IMG/VR virus record: IMGVR_UViG_3300027749_003795
Location: 1-54,134 of that record
DNA length: 54,134 nucleotides
Strand: one strand, 5' to 3'
DNA from: a virus
Lineage: Duplodnaviria > Caudoviricetes
Shown here: piece by piece, positions 47,291 to 54,134 of the stretch
How positions within the stretch are numbered: the first letter of the stretch is position 1
Layout of the letters: every line of letters starts with the position of its first letter
Position numbers and translations under genes: made by a program
The notes under the pieces: model-generated
What the model was told of the DNA's origin: nothing
Database searches by the model: none
Seen by the model: only the letters and a program-made list of their open reading frames with translations

Positions 47291-47361
47291 GATATACCTA
47301 TATTGGATATCTTATCGGGCATAATGCCCAAACAAATCTTACTTAATTTAAAGGAGAAAAA
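47291..47361 (+). promoter_or_regulatory. Structured dnaK 5' leader, ROSE-like thermometer candidate
   Basis: Hairpin, then GGGCATAATGCCC hairpin, then CTTACTT paired with AAGGAG. Confidence 0.55.
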
Positions 47362-49263
47362 ATGAGTAAAGTAATCGGTATCGACCTTGGTACCACAAAT
47401 TCATGCGTAGCCGTTATTGAAAATGGTATCCCTAAAATCATCGAAAACAGCGAAGGTGCAAGAACTACTCCTAGTATTATTGCTTACGCTAACGATGAAA
47501 TCCTAGTAGGTGCTAGTGCAAAACGCCAAGCAGTTACTAATCCAAAAAATACAATCTATGCAGCCAAACGCTTAATTGGACGTAAGTTCAAAGAGCAAGC
47601 TGTACAGAAGGATATTGATCTAATGCCCTACAAAATCATTGAAGCCAACAATGGTGATGCTTGGGTAAGTGCAAATAATCAAGAACTTGCTCCTCCACAA
47701 ATTTCAGCTGAAGTTCTTCGAAAAATGAAAAAGACCGCCGAAGACTATCTCGGTCACGAAGTTATACAGGCTGTTATTACTGTACCTGCTTACTTCAATG
47801 ATCAACAACGTCAGGCAACTAAGGATGCTGGTAAGATTGCTGGACTTGAAGTTCTACGTATTATCAACGAACCAACAGCAGCCGCACTCGCTTACGGTGT
47901 TGACAAGCAAGATAAACGTGATCGCAAGATCGCTGTCTATGACTTAGGCGGCGGTACATTTGACGTAAGCATTATTGAAATTGCCAACGTTGATGGCGAT
48001 AAACAAATCGAAGTACTAAGCACTAATGGTGATACATTCTTAGGTGGTGAAGATTTTGACCAACGTATTATGGATTACTTGGTTGATGAATTCAAGAAGG
48101 ACAACGGTGTTGACCTCAAGAAGGATATGTTGGCACTCCAGCGTTTGAAAGAAGCCGCTGAAAAAGCCAAGATTGAATTGTCGAGTTCTGCTCAAACAGA
48201 TGTTAACTTGCCTTACATTACAGCAGATGCAAGTGGTCCTAAACATATGAATGTTAAGTTGACTCGTGCTAAGTTAGAGCAATTAGTTGAAGAACTAATT
48301 CAACGTAGTATTGAACCTTGTAAGATTGCTATGGCAGATGCCAAGGTTACTGCTGGTGACATTGATGAAGTTATCCTTGTTGGTGGTATGACACGTATGC
48401 CAAAGGTTGTTGAAACAGTTGAGAAACTATTTGGCAAGGCACCACGTAAGGATGTTAACCCAGACGAGGCAGTTGCCGCTGGTGCTGCTATCCAAGGTGA
48501 TGTATTAGGTGGTGGACGCACAGACGTTCTATTACTAGACGTTACTCCATTGAGCATTGGTATTGAAACAATGGGCGGTGTAATGGCCAAGTTGATTCAA
48601 AAGAATACAACTATTCCTACCAAACATAGTCAAGTGTTTAGTACGGCCGAAGACAATCAACCTGCTGTAGATATCAAAGTATTCCAAGGCGAGAGAGAAT
48701 TTGTCCAATACAATAAACTATTGGGCGAATTCAAATTGGAAGGTATTCCACCATCACGTCGTGGTCAACCTCAAATTGAAGTTACTTTAGATATCGATGC
48801 TAATGGTATTATGAATATCAAGGCAGCAGACAAAGGTACCGGCAAAGAGAATAAGATCACAATTAAATCTGATAGCGGACTCAGTAAAGAAGAAATTGAA
48901 CGTATGGTTCAAGATGCCGAAGCTAATGCTGAATCGGATAAGAAACAACGTGAGCTCATCGAAGCACGTAATGGTGCAGAATCCACATTAAATGATTTCC
49001 AGTCTGATATCAACAAGTATAGAGATCAAGTTACTGCTGAAGAAAAAGCCAATGTTGATGATGCAGCTCAAGCTATACGTGATGCTATAAAAGGTGATGA
49101 TGTTAAGATCATCCAAGACAGCGTTCCAAAACTATACGAAGCAATGGGTCCAATTACTGCTAAAAAGTCCGAAGAGGAAGAAGCAGTAAAGAAAGCCGAA
49201 GAACAGGCTAAGAAAGATGCGGAAGACGGCGTGGTTGACACAGAAGCTAAAGAGACTGTATAA
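47362..49263 (+). CDS. dnaK: Molecular chaperone DnaK (Hsp70)
   Basis: GIDLGTTNS; TVPAYFND; DLGGGTFD; [11 protein letters not shown]; NPDEAVA.GAA.Q. Confidence 0.98.
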   Translation: MSKVIGIDLGTTNSCVAVIENGIPKIIENSEGARTTPSIIAYANDEILVGASAKRQAVTNPKNTIYAAKRLIGRKFKEQAVQKDIDLMPYKIIEANNGDAWVSANNQELAPPQISAEVLRKMKKTAEDYLGHEVIQAVITVPAYFNDQQRQATKDAGKIAGLEVLRIINEPTAAALAYGVDKQDKRDRKIAVYDLGGGTFDVSIIEIANVDGDKQIEVLSTNGDTFLGGEDFDQRIMDYLVDEFKKDNGVDLKKDMLALQRLKEAAEKAKIELSSSAQTDVNLPYITADASGPKHMNVKLTRAKLEQLVEELIQRSIEPCKIAMADAKVTAGDIDEVILVGGMTRMPKVVETVEKLFGKAPRKDVNPDEAVAAGAAIQGDVLGGGRTDVLLLDVTPLSIGIETMGGVMAKLIQKNTTIPTKHSQVFSTAEDNQPAVDIKVFQGEREFVQYNKLLGEFKLEGIPPSRRGQPQIEVTLDIDANGIMNIKAADKGTGKENKITIKSDSGLSKEEIERMVQDAEANAESDKKQRELIEARNGAESTLNDFQSDINKYRDQVTAEEKANVDDAAQAIRDAIKGDDVKIIQDSVPKLYEAMGPITAKKSEEEEAVKKAEEQAKKDAEDGVVDTEAKETV

Positions 49264-49269
49264 TAAATA
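49235..49269 (+). promoter_or_regulatory. hsp20 promoter within the dnaK 3' end
   Basis: TTGACA-N18-TATAAT immediately followed by an overlapping TAAATA. Confidence 0.7.
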
Positions 49270-49274
49270 ATATT

Positions 49275-49348
49275 GTGGGACACCTATTAAGGGTCCCACT
49301 TTAGGGCATAGTGCCCAATTTTGTCACTTACTTTTAAAGGAGAAAAAT
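49275..49348 (+). promoter_or_regulatory. Structured hsp20 5' leader, ROSE-like thermometer candidate
   Basis: GTGGGAC/GTCCCAC hairpin, GGGCATAGTGCCC hairpin, then CTTACTT paired with AAGGAG. Confidence 0.6.
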
Positions 49349-49789
49349 ATGACAAACCATCAATTAACTCGTTTTGATACCAACGCTCTAAACAGAGCAC
49401 TTCTAGGTTTTGATACAATGTTTAACGATTTTGAACATCGTTATGCAAATCAACTCAAAGATAACTATCCCCCTTACAACATTGTTAAACACAACGACGA
49501 TACCTATGAGATTGAAATTGCTGTAACAGGGTTTTCTAAGGACGAAGTTATAGTCGAGATTGATCAAAATCAACTCATTGTCAAGGGTATTCGAGATAAA
49601 AGCAGCGATGTTACTGCTGAATTCCTACATCGCGGTTTAGCCTTACGAGATTTTACTCGTAGCTGGACACTTGCCGAACACATGGAAGTTGGTAATGGAA
49701 CTATCAAGAATGGTGTGCTTACAATTGAATTAAAGCGTGTCGTTCCGGATGCGTTAAAACCTCGTGTCCTTAAACTCAAGGGCGAATAA
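49349..49789 (+). CDS. Small heat shock protein (Hsp20, IbpA-like)
   Basis: LGFD; NYPPYNI; EIAV.GF; FLHRGLA.R.F.R...LAEH; NGVL.I.L. Confidence 0.93.
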   Translation: MTNHQLTRFDTNALNRALLGFDTMFNDFEHRYANQLKDNYPPYNIVKHNDDTYEIEIAVTGFSKDEVIVEIDQNQLIVKGIRDKSSDVTAEFLHRGLALRDFTRSWTLAEHMEVGNGTIKNGVLTIELKRVVPDALKPRVLKLKGE

Positions 49790-49794
49790 AGATT

Positions 49795-49815
49795 GGGGGC
49801 TTCGGCCCCCTATTA
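49795..49815 (+). terminator. Hairpin/terminator after hsp20
   Basis: GGGGGC-TTCG-GCCCCC; weak U-tail. Confidence 0.6.
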
Positions 49816-49827
49816 TGAAATAAAATT

Positions 49828-50133
49828 ATGACCACTGATATCATAGTAGATAAAAAAACGAAAGTTAACAATAAACTTAAAGAGCCAAGTAAGTATAAGG
49901 TCATTGTATGTAATGATGATCAAACTTCTATGGAATTTGTAGTTTCCATGTTAATGACAGTATTCAAACATGATGAAAAATCTGCTCTTACATTAACATT
50001 AACAATCCATCAGAAAGGTAGTGCAGTGGCAGGAATATACGGTTTTGAAATTGCAGAACAAAAAGCAGTTGATGGAACCAATTTAGCCAGAGCCCATGCC
50101 TATCCTTTGATAATTAAAGTAGAACCCGAATGA
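49828..50133 (+). CDS. clpS: ATP-dependent Clp protease adaptor ClpS
   Basis: P..YKVI..NDD.T.MEFVV..L..VF...IH..G.AVAG.Y..EIAE.K...YPL. Confidence 0.92.
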   Translation: MTTDIIVDKKTKVNNKLKEPSKYKVIVCNDDQTSMEFVVSMLMTVFKHDEKSALTLTLTIHQKGSAVAGIYGFEIAEQKAVDGTNLARAHAYPLIIKVEPE

Positions 50134-50142
50134 GGAACTACT

Positions 50143-50688
50143 ATGAGTTTAAAAGATTTAACTGCTGACAAACATCAGCAAGCAGAAGATACCCTATTCA
50201 TGAAGGCAGTGTTTGCAAAGACATTGCCTTTTGATATTTGGGTGGACTTCACATACCAGAAGCAACTTTGGTATAAAGAAATTGAACATGCTGCGCGGGC
50301 AGCAGGATTGTTAAATGCGTTCCCTGCAGGCTTCGAACGTGCAGGATTAATCATGGATGATTACGAAGCCATGGATAAACCTATAGGAAGTTTCAATACT
50401 TATAAAGAACAAACCAAAGAGTATGTTAGTTACATAAGAACATTAGGTGATCCTACTCGTATTATGGCACATCTTTATACTTGGCACATGGGCGATCTAC
50501 ATGGCGGACAAATGATTAAGAAAATTGTGGAAGCACCACACTCACATTTAGAGTTTGAAGATCGTGCCGAGTTAATTAAAACTGTACGTACCATGCTGTC
50601 AGACGAAATGGCCGTTGAAGCCAACATAGCCTTTGAATGGGCAATTAAAATAATGGAATCATATGACAGCAGTTTGGGACAAAATTGA
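50143..50688 (+). CDS. Heme oxygenase (HemO/Ho1-like)
   Basis: LK.LT...H..AE (proximal His); AHLY..HMGDL.GGQMI; EA..AF. Confidence 0.9.
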   Translation: MSLKDLTADKHQQAEDTLFMKAVFAKTLPFDIWVDFTYQKQLWYKEIEHAARAAGLLNAFPAGFERAGLIMDDYEAMDKPIGSFNTYKEQTKEYVSYIRTLGDPTRIMAHLYTWHMGDLHGGQMIKKIVEAPHSHLEFEDRAELIKTVRTMLSDEMAVEANIAFEWAIKIMESYDSSLGQN

Positions 50689-51328
50689 AGAACTAGCTAA
50701 AAAGTTCGAGGACAAATTTAATGCTACCGGTGAACCAATAGCAGGTAATTTAGATTACGAGTGGCATAATCAACTTTGGTCAAGTCTTCGATATCGTAGA
50801 GCACATATAGAAATTGTAGACAATAGAGAAAGTCACAATATATACATTCTACATTGTACTGTATTTCCACATTTCAACGACTCTAGTCCTATTTTTGGGT
50901 TTGATGCTGTATGCGGTCCAAACAAAATTACAGGTGCATTCTGCGATTATAGTTCAGCAGGTGATAGCACACATCCTATGATGCGTTGGTTTGCCAACGA
51001 AGGACTATATTATAATTGGGAAAAAAATAGAAACCTTCCTGAGTGGGCTAGCAGTATATTCAGCCCTGCAATGGTTGCTGCGGGTAATGTCAGAACAGGC
51101 GAAGAATTAGACAATTTATGTGAATTAGCACTACGTACATTGGATTATTACTTAAAAAACGTAGGAAATACGCAACAAGATCTAGCAGATTATCACATGG
51201 CACAGAATCGTTATTGTCACTATCAAAAACAGAATCCACACGTAATTAAAAGTATGGTTAGTATGGGTGTGGAAGAAAGTAAAATGCGTCGGTTTGTCAG
51301 CGAAGTCCTGTTTCCAGAAGTAGTATAA
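50663..51328 (+). CDS. Ferredoxin-dependent bilin reductase (PcyA/PcyX-like)
   Basis: RRAH.E...ILHC.VFP.....PIFG.D...GAF.D.S...R.LPEW..IFS...QN.YC..QKQN; overlaps the heme oxygenase gene. Confidence 0.88.
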   Translation: MTAVWDKIEELAKKFEDKFNATGEPIAGNLDYEWHNQLWSSLRYRRAHIEIVDNRESHNIYILHCTVFPHFNDSSPIFGFDAVCGPNKITGAFCDYSSAGDSTHPMMRWFANEGLYYNWEKNRNLPEWASSIFSPAMVAAGNVRTGEELDNLCELALRTLDYYLKNVGNTQQDLADYHMAQNRYCHYQKQNPHVIKSMVSMGVEESKMRRFVSEVLFPEVV

Positions 51329-51338
51329 ATATACTACT

Positions 51339-52946
51339 ATGCGAGCAAGAGACTTTATCCTTACTGAAACTCAAATCACACTCAGCGATTTTGTATTTAA
51401 AAATAATATTTATTGGCAGAATATTTTAAATTTAATCAAGCAAGATGCAGAGATAGAAATTAAGGGCGGGGATTTTGTCAAGGTAGAAAATCCAGAATTG
51501 GTTTACAATGAATTATCTAACATTTGGGATGGAGAAACGTTTGCATCCAACGATCAAGTAAGTGCTCTTAAATCATATAAATTACCCGTTATTGGTAAGA
51601 AAAAACCCATACCACTTCAAAGCATTACAAAAACAACAGAGATTAGATTCGGTGGATCTGAGAATGAAGGACTTGCTAAATTCTGGAATATAGGAAATGT
51701 TATAGAATGTGTAATGGGTGCAGCAGTAACAGCAAAATTTACTAAACCCACTGATCAGATTAGTTGGAAAGATATAACTGATATATTAAAACAAATGAAT
51801 CCAGGATCGCAGATCGTAAACACAAAAGGAGTTGCAAGTAAACTTGTTCCTTATACAGTAAGCACAATGGCATCAAATGATAAACTCACATTTACTATGA
51901 GTTTAAATACCGGAGATTTTGATGCATTAAAAATGTCATATTTAGATGCCGACACATTAAAAAAATATAGCAAACATCAAGAGATATTTAAAGCATATAC
52001 AGATGCGGCTGATTATGTTAATACTGCCGATACTATTAAAACAGCAATAGATCGTGTTCAAACAGACCCTAACGCAAATTCAATAGTTATTGAAAGTGAA
52101 GGTGCAAGTCATGAGAAACAAACTAGCACCAAAGCAGACCTATTCATTACAATTGATAATAAACGCGAAAGACTATTAAGTTTAAAATCTAAAGTAACTC
52201 CGCAGGTTGGACAAGTAAGTGGTCATGCTTTTGAAAATTTAGAAGAATTTTTCAAAAGCACTTTAGGATTTGGATTACCTAAAAATTTTGCTAAAGAATT
52301 TCCTAGAGGATCATTTAATGAGGTTGGCAGTGCTATATATGAAAAAGCATTCCCTAAGGCCTATCAACATATGTTTTCGGAATTAAACAAGACACTTGCA
52401 GGACAGAGCGAATATAACGAATATAATTTTGTTCAGCAAATATATCATGCTATTCAGCACCATGCAACATTAGGTGAAGATGTTATTATTGTGTATTTAA
52501 GTCCAAGTGCAAAACGTTCTTATACAGAATTAAAAATTGGTACAGAATTATTAGAAGCGTTGAAAGAATTCAATCTGGTTCCGACTCTATCAGGTACTAC
52601 ACTTAAGGTATGGGGACATCCTGTTACAGATTTAGGTAGGCAAATAACCGGAGGCAAACCTCAAGAATTTGTACAATTAAGATCTTATCTGCAAAAAGGT
52701 AGCACAATTAGAAATATTATAGAAATTAAAACATTGTTAAAATCTTTAGCAGATGTTGAGATGATCAAACAAAGACAAATTACCAAACAACCAGATGAAC
52801 TTGATGCCGTGAAAAAGAATGCCGGTATAACTCCTCCACCGGCACAAGATACACGTACACCGGGGATTCGTAACCAAACTCGAACCATGCAGGGATCTAA
52901 AGAGACAATGGGTCAAGAACCTATTACACCACAAGGCGTACAATGA
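51339..52946 (+). CDS. Large hypothetical protein, possibly virion-internal, with a PD-(D/E)XK-like motif
   Basis: TATAAATA 7 nt upstream; MRARDFILTE N-terminus; GNVIE...KADL...LSLK. Confidence 0.6.
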   Translation: MRARDFILTETQITLSDFVFKNNIYWQNILNLIKQDAEIEIKGGDFVKVENPELVYNELSNIWDGETFASNDQVSALKSYKLPVIGKKKPIPLQSITKTTEIRFGGSENEGLAKFWNIGNVIECVMGAAVTAKFTKPTDQISWKDITDILKQMNPGSQIVNTKGVASKLVPYTVSTMASNDKLTFTMSLNTGDFDALKMSYLDADTLKKYSKHQEIFKAYTDAADYVNTADTIKTAIDRVQTDPNANSIVIESEGASHEKQTSTKADLFITIDNKRERLLSLKSKVTPQVGQVSGHAFENLEEFFKSTLGFGLPKNFAKEFPRGSFNEVGSAIYEKAFPKAYQHMFSELNKTLAGQSEYNEYNFVQQIYHAIQHHATLGEDVIIVYLSPSAKRSYTELKIGTELLEALKEFNLVPTLSGTTLKVWGHPVTDLGRQITGGKPQEFVQLRSYLQKGSTIRNIIEIKTLLKSLADVEMIKQRQITKQPDELDAVKKNAGITPPPAQDTRTPGIRNQTRTMQGSKETMGQEPITPQGVQ

Positions 52947-53257
52947 AAAAATTAATTACTATACTAATTGCCGCGTTATTGACCACTGCGGCAATACCAC
53001 AATCTACTGCTGTTGAAAAAAAGAAAACGGTCATTTGTGATGATACTAAAACAATGTACAACGAATTAGTCAATGGTGAATATGCAGAAAGACCAGTGTG
53101 GGGCGGTGAAAATGAAAATAGTAAATTTGTTTTATTAATTAATAAAAAAACCGGTACTTGGACATTCATCGAATTTGTTAAAGATACATCATGTGTATTA
53201 GGAGTTGGTGAAGGCTCCCTTATATTAGACCTTGAGAAGAAAAAACTAAGTTTGTAA
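52943..53257 (+). CDS. Exported hypothetical protein
   Basis: Signal peptide; C...Y.E.P...N..TGTWT.IE.....C.LG.G. Confidence 0.7.
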   Translation: MKKLITILIAALLTTAAIPQSTAVEKKKTVICDDTKTMYNELVNGEYAERPVWGGENENSKFVLLINKKTGTWTFIEFVKDTSCVLGVGEGSLILDLEKKKLSL

Positions 53258-53301
53258 TATTAATGTAATATTAAAAAAATATTACACCAGTAAATATAGG
53301 T

Positions 53302-54096
53302 ATGAAGACATACCGATCCATCTTCGTCAGTGACGTTCATCTCGGTACAAGAGATTGTAAAGCAGATCAACTTAACAATTTTTTAAAAAATAATTCTTGT
53401 GACACACTATATCTTGTAGGAGACATAATAGATGCCTGGAGAATCCAACAAAACAAATGGAGATGGAAACAGAGCCACACTAATGTGGTCCGTCGTGTTC
53501 TCGGTCATGCTAAACGTGGCACTCGTGTCGTGTATATTGCAGGAAATCATGACGAATTCTTGCGTCCGATGATACCATATGGGTTCAGTTTTGGACTCGT
53601 TGAGATACATAATCAAATAGAACATATAGGTGCCGACGGCAAACACTATCTTGTAGTACATGGAGACTTGTTTGACGGTATAACCAGACTAGCACCCTGG
53701 ATAAGTTTTTTAGGGGACAAAGCATATGATGTCATTTTATCGCTTAATAGCAAATTCAATTGGATACGTCATAAGTTTGGTTTTGGGTATTTTAGTCTTA
53801 GTCAATATCTTAAAACAAGAGTAAAGAAAGCGGTAGATTTTATATTCCACTTTGAAAAGAATCTTGCTAAGTATTGTAAGAAAAGAGGATATGACGGTGT
53901 AATATGTGGTCATATTCATCATGCTGAAATAAAAGATATAGATGGTGTTATCTATATGAATGACGGTGACTGGGTTGAAAGTTGTACAGCATTAGTCGAA
54001 CATCACAATGGACGTTGGGAAATTATAACTTGGACACAGGAAAACGATAATGTGGACTCTAATACTAATAGCCATGCACATAAACAATCCCGCTGA
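53302..54096 (+). CDS. UDP-2,3-diacylglucosamine hydrolase-like / PlcP-like metallophosphoesterase
   Basis: SDVHLG; LVGDIID.W; GNHD; HGD.FD; CGHIH; NDGDWVES. Confidence 0.85.
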   Translation: MKTYRSIFVSDVHLGTRDCKADQLNNFLKNNSCDTLYLVGDIIDAWRIQQNKWRWKQSHTNVVRRVLGHAKRGTRVVYIAGNHDEFLRPMIPYGFSFGLVEIHNQIEHIGADGKHYLVVHGDLFDGITRLAPWISFLGDKAYDVILSLNSKFNWIRHKFGFGYFSLSQYLKTRVKKAVDFIFHFEKNLAKYCKKRGYDGVICGHIHHAEIKDIDGVIYMNDGDWVESCTALVEHHNGRWEIITWTQENDNVDSNTNSHAHKQSR

Positions 54097-54134
54097 TCAA
54101 CCGGGTAGGATAGAGCTTGAATTTAAAGATAAAA
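54050..54134 (+). CDS. Partial ORF (MWTLILIAMHINNPADQPGRIELEF...) running off the window
   Basis: AGGA upstream; open to the window end. Confidence 0.5.
   Translation, partial: MWTLILIAMHINNPADQPGRIELEFKDK

Noticed and set aside
47362-51328. Bacterial chromosomal origin suggested by dnaK, clpS, clpX and rpsU
   Set aside because: Normal operon partners (dnaJ, grpE, clpA, clpP, dnaG) are missing, and the genes are interspersed with phage-type ORFs and TAAATA promoters.
1-54134. Stop-codon reassignment
   Set aside because: Conserved genes are full length in code 11, and TAG, TGA and TAA all terminate genes.

Overview
This AT-rich, gene-dense window uses the standard genetic code and looks like part of a large T4-like tailed phage genome. 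The inferred host is a freshwater Proteobacterium, probably Betaproteobacteria, based on the porin, DnaK, bS21 and phasin-like genes. Layout: (1-8.6 kb) two giant Gly-rich/LamG fibre-type proteins; (8.6-13.4 kb) a four-domain glycosyltransferase-FkbM methyltransferase, a secreted non-specific nuclease, a structured intergenic RNA and an HExxH protein; (13.5-14.6 kb) a minus-strand phasin-like operon; (14.6-23 kb) probable virion/head proteins, a PD-(D/E)XK nuclease and a beta-helix tail protein; (23-29 kb) class Ia RNR, glutaredoxin and a PAAR-peptidoglycan hydrolase fusion; (33 kb) a circularly permuted two-piece tmRNA with tag ANDELYSMAA; (34-54 kb) porin, ClpX, bS21, a DGQHR/HNH-like pair, a tandem array of small paralogues ending F-x-L-K-W-S, an S11 peptidase, a stand-alone HemA-C-terminal-like protein, DnaK and Hsp20 with matching ROSE-like leaders, ClpS, heme oxygenase plus a ferredoxin-dependent bilin reductase, and an LpxH/PlcP-like phosphoesterase. 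The best candidates for new biology are a phage trans-translation/proteolysis circuit, a tetrapyrrole module, a PHA-responsive operon, TAAATA promoters inside RBS-occluding hairpins, two unannotated structured RNAs and the KWS array. All family calls come from reading motifs by eye; no database searches were run.
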